This document shows, piece after piece, positions 1 through 8,142 of a stretch of DNA of 64,000 nt. Where the stretch lies: NCBI GenBank assembly GCA_905211535.1, contig CAJMAZ010000001.1, positions 7,089 to 71,088 on the forward strand, in the 5' to 3' direction. A program made the position numbers and the translations under genes. This stretch comes from an uncultured Collinsella sp. GTDB taxonomy: Bacteria; Actinomycetota; Coriobacteriia; Coriobacteriales; Coriobacteriaceae. The stretch's first letter is position 1. Each line of letters begins with the position of its first letter. Below the pieces are notes generated by a model that saw only the letters and a list, made by a program, of their open reading frames with translations, did no database searches and was not told where the DNA came from.

Positions 1-599
1 TCTCGTTCGATATTCATCGCGGCGAAGTTGTCGGTTTGGTTGGCACCAATGGCTCCGGCAAGTCTACGATGCTCAAGATTATTGCTGGCGTGCTTGAGCC
101 TAGCGAGGGCAGTGTTAGGGTGCACGGTAACATCGCGCCGCTGATTGAGCTTGGTGCCGGCTTTGACCCTGAGCTGACCGCCCGCGAGAACATCTATCTG
201 AACGGCGCCCTGCTCGGCTATACCAAGGAGTTCATCGACGCCAACTTTGACGGCATTATCGAGTTCGCTGAGCTGCAGAACTTTGTCGATATGCCGCTTA
301 AGAACTTCTCCTCGGGCATGGTGGCGCGTATCGCCTTTGCAATCGCGACGATTACCGAGCCCGATATTCTGATCGTTGACGAGACGCTGTCCGTCGGTGA
401 TGTGTTCTTCCAGCAGAAGTGCGAGGACCGCATCCAGCACTTTATCCAGAGCGGCGACGTGACGGTTCTGTTCGTTTCGCACTCCATGGAGCAGGTTGAG
501 CGCATCTGCCAGCGTGCCGTTTGGATTGAGAAGGGTGACCTTCGCATGGACGGCCCGGTCGATGAGGTCTGCAAGGCGTACCGCGAGCAGTTCAACTAG
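1..599 (+). CDS. ABC transporter ATP-binding protein, polysaccharide/teichoic-acid exporter type (TagH/Wzt/KpsT-like); 5' end cut by window edge
   Basis: Frame open from base 3 with no start in the window. SFDIHRGEVVGLVGTNGSGKST (Walker A), FSSGM signature, ILIVDE Walker B, VSHS H-loop. Stop TAG 597-599. Track ORF 36..599. Confidence 0.85.
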   Translation, partial: SFDIHRGEVVGLVGTNGSGKSTMLKIIAGVLEPSEGSVRVHGNIAPLIELGAGFDPELTARENIYLNGALLGYTKEFIDANFDGIIEFAELQNFVDMPLKNFSSGMVARIAFAIATITEPDILIVDETLSVGDVFFQQKCEDRIQHFIQSGDVTVLFVSHSMEQVERICQRAVWIEKGDLRMDGPVDEVCKAYREQFN

Positions 600-653
600 G
601 TTATAATTATTTGCGCCTGACAGGCTTGCGCTTGCTTGGGCGTGCGGTTATTT

Positions 654-730
654 GCTCCATTAGCTCAGTTGGATAGAGCAGGGGACTTCTAATCCCAAGG
701 TCGACGGTTCGAATCCGCCATGGAGCACCA
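654..730 (+). tRNA. tRNA-Arg (anticodon TCT)
   Basis: 77-nt cloverleaf read by eye: acceptor GCTCCAT/ATGGAGC, D arm GCTC..GAGC, anticodon loop CTTCTAA, T loop TTCGAAT, encoded CCA. One A-C mismatch in the T stem. Confidence 0.85.
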
Positions 731-740
731 TCGTTTATTA

Positions 741-773
741 AGCCCGGACCGCTTGGTGGTCTGGGCTTTTTTC
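741..773 (+). terminator. Rho-independent terminator after tRNA-Arg(TCT)
   Basis: AGCCCGGACC / GGTCTGGGCT 10-bp stem, 7-nt loop, followed by TTTTTT. Confidence 0.75.
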
Positions 774-919
774 GTCTTGCTGATGTGGATTGGCCTTTCA
801 GCGACTCCAATGCATGAGCGTAGCCTTGGTTTTAAACGTTTTGCGTGGCTTACTGCTCTGCCCTCGAACAACTCCGATAAGTCTTTCGCAACCGCATTCA
901 GCGATTACGGCAATAGAAC

Positions 920-1387
920 TTAGTGCGGCATTCTAGTCGCATCTTCAACATCCAGAAAATCATTCGTGGCGCCAACAAACTCCTGCATGTTCCTGACGAT
1001 GCGGCCATCGTTATTGATACGAATCTCGAATCGCTTCCAGGGGAACTTCATGATGTGATAAAGGGTCACCAGCACATCCTGTTCTTTGCCAATTTTGAGC
1101 AGCCAACGGGCGCAGTTATCGCCGCAGGTGGAAGCATTAAAGACCATGTTGGGGAGATTGCGGACAAGCAGGAGCGTCTTTACTCCGCCGGATAACTCGA
1201 GCGGGCTGATCGAGCCCAGCTGCTTGCTTATGATGTTGTGAGAGCCGATGAGCTCCGATCCGTCAACGCCTTTAATAATTTGCGCAGCCATGGGGTCTTC
1301 GAACCATGAATCCAAGTACGAGTTCCTAAAGTAGGTCTTGGTATCGTAGATGGAGCCGGGGTAATCTCCCAGATGAATGCTCAGCAT
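920..1387 (-). CDS. DUF4869-like hypothetical protein (155 aa)
   Basis: Track ORF 920..1486. Start moved to ATG 1385-1387 (MLSIHLGDYPG, GGAGA SD upstream) because the upstream part of the ORF runs through the aro-operon terminator hairpin. Size and N-terminus match my recollection of DUF4869 proteins. Sampled G+C is about 48-58%, lower than neighbours. Confidence 0.6.
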   Translation of the reverse strand: MLSIHLGDYPGSIYDTKTYFRNSYLDSWFEDPMAAQIIKGVDGSELIGSHNIISKQLGSISPLELSGGVKTLLLVRNLPNMVFNASTCGDNCARWLLKIGKEQDVLVTLYHIMKFPWKRFEIRINNDGRIVRNMQEFVGATNDFLDVEDATRMPH

Positions 1388-1430
1388 GCGGGTCTCCAGA
1401 CATTGTGTGACTGCAACGATTATATGCCAG

Positions 1431-1469
1431 TAATAAAATGCCGGCAGCAGCGAGATTGCTGCTGCCGGC
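1431..1469 (-). terminator. Terminator of the aromatic operon (downstream of aroQ)
   Basis: Perfect 12-bp stem GCCGGCAGCAGC / GCTGCTGCCGGC (1440-1451 / 1458-1469). On the minus strand it is followed by ATTTTATTA. Confidence 0.7.
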
Positions 1470-1519
1470 ACTGGCGTTGTAGTCACGCGAATCAGCGTTC
1501 GTGAATTGTCACCGTTTGC

Positions 1520-1957
1520 TTACTTTTCGAGACGCTCCCTCAGCAGCTCCAGGGCATGGGCGTAGCCCTGCAGGCCCTCACCGGTGATGGTGGCGAAGCA
1601 GGCTAGGCGTGCGTAGCTCACCTGGCGGAAGTCCTCGCGCGTCTCTACGGCGCTGATGTGTACCTCGATGGCTGGGATGGCGACGGCCTTGAGGGCGTCG
1701 AGGATCGCCACGCTTGTATGCGTGTAGGCAGCCGGGTTGATGACGATGCCGTCGACCTTGCCGTAGGCCTCCTGGATCTTGTCGACGATGCTGCCCTCGT
1801 GGTTGGACTGGAAAACCTCGATCTCGTCGAAGCCCTGTGCGGCGCCCGCTTCCTGGCAGATCTGCACTAAGCGGTCGTAGTTGTCGCTGCCATAGATGCC
1901 CGGCTCGCGAATGCCGAGCATGTTGAGGTTGGGGCCGTTGATGACGAGTGCTTTCAT
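1520..1957 (-). CDS. aroQ: 3-dehydroquinate dehydratase, type II
   Basis: MKALVINGPNLNMLGIREPGIYG...QSNHEG...INPAAYTHTS motifs. Start moved to ATG 1955-1957 with AAGGAAG SD. 145 aa. Confidence 0.93.
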   Translation of the reverse strand: MKALVINGPNLNMLGIREPGIYGSDNYDRLVQICQEAGAAQGFDEIEVFQSNHEGSIVDKIQEAYGKVDGIVINPAAYTHTSVAILDALKAVAIPAIEVHISAVETREDFRQVSYARLACFATITGEGLQGYAHALELLRERLEK

Positions 1958-1978
1958 GGTTGCTTCCTTTGCGGTTGG

Positions 1979-2019
1979 AAAACCACCACAAAGGCGCCTG
2001 TCTCCTTTGTGGTGGTTTT
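1979..2019 (-). terminator. Strong intercistronic hairpin with flanking U/A tracts between aroE/K and aroQ (internal terminator or processing site)
   Basis: Perfect 16-bp stem AAAACCACCACAAAGG (1979-1994) / CCTTTGTGGTGGTTTT (2004-2019), 9-nt loop. Confidence 0.55.
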
Positions 2020-2021
2020 GG

Positions 2022-3272
2022 TTAGAGAGCGGGTGGGAGGGTGTCGAGGAGGGCACGGGCGGTGTTGGCGGCGCAGTCGCGTGAGTCGATGATGTAGTCG
2101 GCCCAGGCGCGGTAGCGGGGCATGCGCTGTTCGGCTAACTTATCGATGCCGTCGCGCGCGGTGATGGGGCGGCCCTTGTGGGCGAGCTCGTCGAGCTTAC
2201 GGTTGAGCATCACGATCTGGCTATTCTGGTGCAGCAGCGGGTAGTTCTCGTCGCGTGTGACCACGCCGCCGCCGGTGGAGAGCACCAGGCCGCTGCGCTT
2301 GGAGATGTCGGCTAGCGCAGCCGTCTCCTGTTCGCGGAAGGCCGCCTCGCCGCGCTCGACGATAAAGTCGGCACAGGGCATGCCCAGACGCTCCTCGAGC
2401 GCGCGATCCAAGTCGATGTGCTCGCGGCCCGTGAGCTGGGCGATCTGCTCACCCACGCGGGTCTTGCCCGAACCCGGCATGCCGATCAGCGCGATGTTTT
2501 GTTCGCAGCGGGACAGACGCTCCGTTACGTCTAAGATGCGCTTGCGCGGGGTGACTTGGCCGGTATAGCGCTCGACGGCCTGTGCCGCTTGGGCCACGAG
2601 CATCAGTAGGCCGCCGATGCAGGGGATGCCGCGGCGCTCGGCCTCGAGCATCAGGCCCGTGCGGGCGGGGTTGTAAACAATGTCGATAACGCCCTCGAGC
2701 GCATCGAGCCCTTCGAGTGTGCAAGGCGCGTCGGGGCAGTGGGGGGACATGCCGGCAGGCGTGCAGTTGACGAGCAGGGCGGCGTCGGACTGCTGCGCGA
2801 TGTTGCCGTAGTTGACCTCGCTCGTGCGACCCACGGGTACGACGATGGCGCCCAGGTCTCCCAGCACCATACTTGCCGTGGTGCCGGCGCCGCCAGTGGC
2901 TCCGAGCACGAGAGCCTTCTTGCCGGCGACCTCAACCCCCAGCTCCTCGACAAGGCACTGAAAACCGAAGTAGTCAGTATTATCGCCGCGCAGGCGGCCG
3001 TCGGGCAGGCGCGTGATGGTGTTGACGTTGCCCATGCGCTCGGCGAGCGGGCTCAGCTCGTCCAGATACTCCATGACGGCGCGCTTGTAGGGGATGGTCA
3101 CGTTGGTGCCCTCCCACTCGTCGCCCGTCATAAAGGCCGCGAGGTCCTCGGGCTCGCGCTCAAATCGCACGTAATCGAGCCCAGCGAGCTCTTTGTAGAT
3201 GGTTGGGGTGTAGCTGTGGCCCAGCACGCGGCCCAGCACTCCGTAGGGGCGGGTTGCGGCGGTATCGGTCAT
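2022..3272 (-). CDS. aroE/aroK: Bifunctional shikimate 5-dehydrogenase / shikimate kinase fusion
   Basis: N-terminal about 255 aa: shikimate DH (NVTIPYK, GDNTDYFGF, VLGATGGAG). C-terminal about 160 aa: shikimate kinase (IALIGMPGSGKTRVG P-loop, STGGGVV). Confidence 0.9.
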   Translation of the reverse strand: MTDTAATRPYGVLGRVLGHSYTPTIYKELAGLDYVRFEREPEDLAAFMTGDEWEGTNVTIPYKRAVMEYLDELSPLAERMGNVNTITRLPDGRLRGDNTDYFGFQCLVEELGVEVAGKKALVLGATGGAGTTASMVLGDLGAIVVPVGRTSEVNYGNIAQQSDAALLVNCTPAGMSPHCPDAPCTLEGLDALEGVIDIVYNPARTGLMLEAERRGIPCIGGLLMLVAQAAQAVERYTGQVTPRKRILDVTERLSRCEQNIALIGMPGSGKTRVGEQIAQLTGREHIDLDRALEERLGMPCADFIVERGEAAFREQETAALADISKRSGLVLSTGGGVVTRDENYPLLHQNSQIVMLNRKLDELAHKGRPITARDGIDKLAEQRMPRYRAWADYIIDSRDCAANTARALLDTLPPAL

Positions 3273-4418
3273 CTAGAACACCTCCGTGTAGCTGCCAAAG
3301 TAGGTAAAGCTCTCACACACGTCGTCGATCGAATCGAGCAGGTCGTCGAGGGCCTTGCTGCCAAAGGGGCAGTCCAGATCAAAGTAGAACATAAACTCAA
3401 AGTCGCGGCCGGGGATGGGGCGGCTCTCGAGCTTGATGAGGTTGATGTTGAGCGCATAGAAGCGCTCGAGCACGCGGTAGAGCGCGCCCGGCTCGTTGGC
3501 CGTGGTAATCATGAGTGAGGTACGGTTGGCGCCGGGGTAGACGCGCGGCTCGCGGCTGATGACGACAAAGCGCGTGTAGTTATTGTCCGAGTCTTGGATA
3601 TTGGGCTCCAACACCTCGAGGCCATACAGCGTGGCACAGCTGCGCGATGCGATGGCGGCAACATCGGTGCGGTTGGAATTGGCAACCATCTCGGCCGACA
3701 TGGCCGTGTTTGGGTACTTGGTGGCGTGCAGGTCGTGGGACTCGATAAAGCCGGCACACTGGGCAATAGCTTGGCCGTGGCTGTAGACCTCGCGCACGTC
3801 GGCGAGCTTGGTGCCGGGCTTGACGAGCAAGTTGTGGTCGATCTTGAGGCGAAGCGAGCGCACGATGTGGAAGTCGAACTGGGCGAGCAGGTCGTAGACG
3901 GCGTTGACCGAGCCGGCGGTGGAGTTCTCGATGGGCAGCACGCCAAACTCGCAGAAGCCGTCGCGCACAGCGCGCATAACGCCTTCGAAGGTCTCGAAAA
4001 ACGCGATGTCGGGCACGTCGAAGAGTTTGCACGCGGCTATCTGGCTATAGGCACCTTCCACGCCCTGGCAGGCAACGGTGGCCGTTTGAGGGAAGGGCGT
4101 GTCAAAGGCTGCAGCCGTGGCGTGGGCCTTTTGCGAGACGGTGATGCCCTTGAGCTCGTTGATGTAGCGCTGCTGCTCGGCCTTGCTCATGCTCATGAGG
4201 AGACGAAACAGGGCGATGGTCTGGGCCTCGTAGCGCTCGGGCGCGCGGCCGGCGAGGTTGTTGAGTTTGGAGCGCTCACGGGCGGGGTCGAAGACGGCCT
4301 TGCCCATCTCGATTTTTGACTTGGCGACCTCGGTGGCAATATCCATGCGCTCGACAAAGCTGTTGAGGAGCGTGGTATCGATGCCATCGATGGCCTGGCG
4401 GATGTCAGCAAGGTCCAT
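3273..4418 (-). CDS. pheA: Chorismate mutase / prephenate dehydratase (P-protein)
   Basis: CM domain (DLADIRQAIDGIDTTLL), PDT domain (VACQGVEGAYS...TRF), C-terminal ACT (SLMITTANEPGALY). Start moved to ATG 4416-4418 because the longer track ORF (to 4562) reads through the repeat element. Confidence 0.9.
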   Translation of the reverse strand: MDLADIRQAIDGIDTTLLNSFVERMDIATEVAKSKIEMGKAVFDPARERSKLNNLAGRAPERYEAQTIALFRLLMSMSKAEQQRYINELKGITVSQKAHATAAAFDTPFPQTATVACQGVEGAYSQIAACKLFDVPDIAFFETFEGVMRAVRDGFCEFGVLPIENSTAGSVNAVYDLLAQFDFHIVRSLRLKIDHNLLVKPGTKLADVREVYSHGQAIAQCAGFIESHDLHATKYPNTAMSAEMVANSNRTDVAAIASRSCATLYGLEVLEPNIQDSDNNYTRFVVISREPRVYPGANRTSLMITTANEPGALYRVLERFYALNINLIKLESRPIPGRDFEFMFYFDLDCPFGSKALDDLLDSIDDVCESFTYFGSYTEVF

Positions 4419-4445
4419 GGAGGCCCCTTTCGTGAATGGTTGCCT

Positions 4446-4573
4446 GGGGTAGTTAATTTGGGACGGGGCTTTTTTAGCTACCCTTTGACTGTCGTCGAAT
4501 CGATGGGTGCCAGGGCAAATATCAACTGGCATATGGGGGTAGCTAAAATAGCCCCGTCCCAAATTAACTACCC
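4446..4573. repeat. REP/BIME-like inverted pair, copy A
   Basis: Two 38-39 nt GTAG..CTAC units in inverted orientation with a 51-nt spacer. Unit 4446-4483 is GGGGTAGTTAATTTGGGACGGGGCTTTTTTAGCTACCC. The reverse complement of 4535-4573 is GGGTAGTTAATTTGGGACGGGGCTATTTTAGCTACCCCC. Same family as 30166-31315 and 39284-39391. Confidence 0.9.
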
Positions 4574-4587
4574 TTGGGGTGGGTGGA

Positions 4588-5685
4588 CTAAAGCTGTCCG
4601 GCGTCCTCGAGGAGGGCGTCCCAGATGGCGAGGGCGGCGGCTGCTTCGGCTACGGGGACGGCTCGGGGGACGATGCAGGGATCGTGACGGCCGTGGACCG
4701 AGAGCTCGGCATTTTCTATGGCGTCCATGTCTACGGTCTGCTGCTCGCGGCCAATTGAGGGCGTCGGCTTTACGGCCATGCGCCACATGACGGGCGCGCC
4801 GGTCGAAATACCGCCCAGGATGCCGCCGGCGTTGTTGGACTCAACCTCGATCTCGCCGGTCTCGGCGTCGATGCGATACGGATCGTTGTTCTCGCTGCCG
4901 CGCATGGCGGCCACGGCAAAGCCCATGCCAAACTCCACGCCCTTTACGGCGGGAATGCCAAAGGCGATTTGCGCGATGCGGTTCTCGATGCCGTCGAACA
5001 TGGGGTCGCCGATGCCCGCGGGAAGCCCGTAGATGCCGCACTCCACGATGCCGCCGATGCTATCGAGTTCGTCGCGCGCGGCTAGGATCTCCTCGCGCAT
5101 GCGACCGGCAGCGGCGGCGTCAATGCAGGGCAGGTCGTTCGTAAGAATTGCCTTGCGGTCGGCCTCGCGATAGACCATATCGTCCATCGGCAGGTCGGAG
5201 ATGCCGCCGATCTGCGCGACATGCGCCATGACCTGAATGTCGCGTGCCTCGAGTGCCTGCAGCGCAATGCCGCCGGCGATGCATAAGGGTGCCGTTAGGC
5301 GGCCGGAGAAATGCCCGCCACCAGCGACATCGTGCATGTTGTGATACTTCACGCGCGCGGGGAAGTCCGCATGTCCGGGACGGGGCTTGCGGCGCAGCTC
5401 GGAGTAATCCTTGGAGCGCGTGTTGGTGTTCTCGATAATCGCGGCGATGGGCGCACCGGTGGTATGTCCATCGACCACACCGGCGATGATGTGCGCGGCG
5501 TCGGCCTCGCGGCGCTTGGTCGCGGTCTCGTCGCGACCGGGGGCGCGACGGTCGAGGAAGGCCTGCAGCTTCTCCTGGTCCACGGCGATGCCCGCCGGGA
5601 TGCCATCGAGCGAGCAGCCGATAGCGGGGGAGTGCGATTGGCCGAAGATGCTTAAGTGCAAGACGTTGCCAAAGGTCGAGGACAT
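4588..5685 (-). CDS. aroC: Chorismate synthase
   Basis: 365 aa, FGQSHSPAIGCSLDG, GRHDPCIVPRA motifs. Confidence 0.95.
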   Translation of the reverse strand: MSSTFGNVLHLSIFGQSHSPAIGCSLDGIPAGIAVDQEKLQAFLDRRAPGRDETATKRREADAAHIIAGVVDGHTTGAPIAAIIENTNTRSKDYSELRRKPRPGHADFPARVKYHNMHDVAGGGHFSGRLTAPLCIAGGIALQALEARDIQVMAHVAQIGGISDLPMDDMVYREADRKAILTNDLPCIDAAAAGRMREEILAARDELDSIGGIVECGIYGLPAGIGDPMFDGIENRIAQIAFGIPAVKGVEFGMGFAVAAMRGSENNDPYRIDAETGEIEVESNNAGGILGGISTGAPVMWRMAVKPTPSIGREQQTVDMDAIENAELSVHGRHDPCIVPRAVPVAEAAAALAIWDALLEDAGQL

Positions 5686-5686
5686 G

Positions 5687-7006
5687 CTATTCCTCCTCGA
5701 GTGTGACCTTGCCGCCCAGCAGGCGGTAGTGGTCGAAGAAATCGGGATAGGACTTGTTGACGGCCTCGGCGCCGTGGATCACGACCTCGCCGGTGGCGCG
5801 GCTCGCGGCGATGGCGGCCATCATGGCGATGCGGTGGTCGTTGTGCGAATCGACCTCGCCGCCGGTGAAGGCATCGACACCCTTGATGATGAGGTCGTCG
5901 CCGGCAATACGCACCTGTGCGCCCAGCGCGGTGAGCTCGCGGGTGGTGGTAGCCAGGCGGTCGGATTCCTTGATACGCAGACGGGCGCAATCGCGGATAA
6001 AGGTGCGGCCCTGTGCCAGCGAGGCCACGGCCGAGATAACGGGCACCAGGTCGGGAATGTCGTGGGCACTCATCTCAAACCCGGCGAGCTTGTCGGACTG
6101 CACGGTGGCGGCGTTGGTGGAGCGCACGATGCGGGCGCCAAAGCGCGAAAGCGCGGCAAGCACGTTGCGGTCGCCCTGTGCGGAGCTCAGTGACACGCCC
6201 TCGACGGTGATGGGGTCGGTGCCGATGGCGCCGGCGCACAGCCAAAAGGCGGCGTTGGACCAGTCGCCTTCGACAGCAACGCTGCCGGGCGTGCGATACG
6301 AGCCACTGCTCACGCGGAAGTTTGTGACCTCGGGCTGGCCGTCCCTGGCGGGAATACGCTCGACGTTGACCTCGACGCCAAAGGCCTTCATGGCCTGGAT
6401 CGTCAGGTTGATGTAGGGGCGGCTCTCAATGAGGCCGGTCACCTGCACGCAGGAAGGCTGGGCGAGCAGCGGGGCTGCCAGCAGCAGGCCCGAGATGTAC
6501 TGCGAGCTCACGTTGCCCGGCAGCACAAAGGTGCCCGGGCGCATGCGGCCGCTCGTCTTGAGCGGAAAACCGCCCAGACCCTGTAGGTCGCAGCCGGCGG
6601 CGATGATCTCGTCCGAGAGCGGGGACAGCGGACGGGCGCCCAAGCGTCCCTGACCCACGAAGGTGGCATTCGCACCCAGCGCGCAGGCGACGGGCAACAT
6701 AAAGCGGAGCGTGGAGCCGCTTTCGCCACAGTCAAGCGTGCCGCCGGCAAGGGCCTTGAGCAGGCCAAACTCAATACTCTTCATGGTGGGGTGGACCTGG
6801 AAGCCGTCCTCGACGGTCTCGATGCGAGCGCCCAGAGCCGTGAGGCAGCGCACCGTGGCCTCGATGTCGGCGCAGGTGGTGTTGCAGGTGACGTGTGTCT
6901 CGCCGTTGGCAAGCGCAGCGCAGATGATCAGGCGATGCGCCATCGACTTGGACGCGATGGCGGGAACGGTGCCCTTAAGCGGGGACGGGGTGATGCGGGC
7001 TAGCAT
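5687..7006 (-). CDS. aroA: 3-phosphoshikimate 1-carboxyvinyltransferase (EPSP synthase)
   Basis: 439 aa, SKSMAHR, LDCGESGSTLRF, HNDHRIAM motifs. Start overlaps the aroB stop (ATGCTAG). Confidence 0.95.
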   Translation of the reverse strand: MLARITPSPLKGTVPAIASKSMAHRLIICAALANGETHVTCNTTCADIEATVRCLTALGARIETVEDGFQVHPTMKSIEFGLLKALAGGTLDCGESGSTLRFMLPVACALGANATFVGQGRLGARPLSPLSDEIIAAGCDLQGLGGFPLKTSGRMRPGTFVLPGNVSSQYISGLLLAAPLLAQPSCVQVTGLIESRPYINLTIQAMKAFGVEVNVERIPARDGQPEVTNFRVSSGSYRTPGSVAVEGDWSNAAFWLCAGAIGTDPITVEGVSLSSAQGDRNVLAALSRFGARIVRSTNAATVQSDKLAGFEMSAHDIPDLVPVISAVASLAQGRTFIRDCARLRIKESDRLATTTRELTALGAQVRIAGDDLIIKGVDAFTGGEVDSHNDHRIAMMAAIAASRATGEVVIHGAEAVNKSYPDFFDHYRLLGGKVTLEEE

Positions 7007-8106
7007 ACGGATGCGTCTCCCTTCTGGCCGAGGCCCTCGGCAATGAGTTCGTGGAAAGTGGAAAGCGGCGTGCGGTCGATGCTGCAGCGGCCAATGTCGT
7101 GCGGAATCACCAGGTCAATGGTGTCGCCCGCGCGCTTCTTGTCGTGGAGCGCCTCGGCAAAGACGGCATCGACATCGAGGTCGCAGCGGGTCTTGAGACC
7201 GTGACGTGCACAGAGCTCTTCGATGCGCCCCGGCAGTGCAGCATCGCAGACGCCGTGCAGGGCCGCGGCGCGCGTGATGATGCCCATGCCGATCGACACG
7301 CAGTTGCCGTGTCCGAGTTCAAAGTGCTCGCAGGCCTCGACGGCATGTCCGGCGCTGTGTCCAAAGTTGAGGAGCTTGCGTTGGTTGGTTTCGCGCTCGT
7401 CGGCGACGACCACGGCGCGCTTGATGTCGATATTGCGGGCGATGATGAGCGCTACGCGGGCCACATCGCGATTGAGCAGCTCCAGCGTGAGCGGGGTCTT
7501 CTCCAGCTCGGCGAAAAGCTCCGGATCGGCAATCACGGCATGCTTGACGACCTCGCCGCAGCCGTCAGCGAACTGCTCGGGCGTGAGGGTGGCCAGGCAC
7601 CCCACGTCGGCGATTACCACGCTCGGCTGCCAAAAGGCGCCGGCCAAGTTCTTGCCGGCAGCCAGGTCGATGGCCGTCTTGCCGCCCACCGACGAATCCA
7701 CCATGGCGAGCAGACTCGTGGGGATCTGCACAAACTTGCAGCCGCGCATGTAGGTGGCGGCCACAAAGCCCGCCACGTCGCCCACGACGCCGCCGCCGAG
7801 CGCCACGATCACGTCGGAGCGCGAAAGCTCGTGCTCGGCCACAAACTCCAAAATGGCAACATAGGTTTCGGCGCGCTTATGGGCCTCGCCGGCCTCGAAG
7901 GTGCAGATGCTCACTTCGTAGCCTGACGCCTCCAGGCTCTGCTTAACGGGCATCTGGTAGAGCGGGCCCACGTTGGTGTCCGTCACGATGACGGCCTTGG
8001 TGCCGCCGGCAGTGGCGCGCACGAGCGGTCCCGCCTGCTCCAGCAAAAACGTGCCAACATGCACCTGGTAGGGGCGTGCGGTGTCGATATCGATGGTAAT
8101 CGCCAT
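7000..8106 (-). CDS. aroB: 3-dehydroquinate synthase
   Basis: 368 aa, LGGGVVGDVAGFVAATYMRG, NFGHSAGHA motifs. Confidence 0.95.
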   Translation of the reverse strand: MAITIDIDTARPYQVHVGTFLLEQAGPLVRATAGGTKAVIVTDTNVGPLYQMPVKQSLEASGYEVSICTFEAGEAHKRAETYVAILEFVAEHELSRSDVIVALGGGVVGDVAGFVAATYMRGCKFVQIPTSLLAMVDSSVGGKTAIDLAAGKNLAGAFWQPSVVIADVGCLATLTPEQFADGCGEVVKHAVIADPELFAELEKTPLTLELLNRDVARVALIIARNIDIKRAVVVADERETNQRKLLNFGHSAGHAVEACEHFELGHGNCVSIGMGIITRAAALHGVCDAALPGRIEELCARHGLKTRCDLDVDAVFAEALHDKKRAGDTIDLVIPHDIGRCSIDRTPLSTFHELIAEGLGQKGDASVC

Positions 8107-8142
8107 AAGCTTCGGTCCTTTCGACCTGGCGTGATAGGTGGT

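Noticed and set aside
607-923. Track ORFs 607..810(-), 689..871(-) and 720..923(+) overlapping the tRNA-Arg gene and its terminator
   Set aside because: They overlap a well-formed tRNA and its terminator, and have no SD or homology. They are considered spurious.
731-1520. Looked for a direct repeat of the tRNA-Arg(TCT) 3' end (attL/attR) that would delimit an integrated island containing the DUF4869 gene
   Set aside because: I saw no second copy of GGTTCGAATCCGCCATGGAGCACCA or a substantial part of it in the interval. There is no integrase gene. An island cannot be claimed.
4440-4790. Track ORFs reading through repeat units: 4440..4790(+), the N-terminal 48 codons of 3273..4562(-), and 29914..30336(+). 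They share peptide strings NLGRGFFSY / APSQINYP.
   Set aside because: The shared peptides are just translations of the DNA repeat in different genes' flanks. They are useful as a repeat detector but are not evidence of a protein family.
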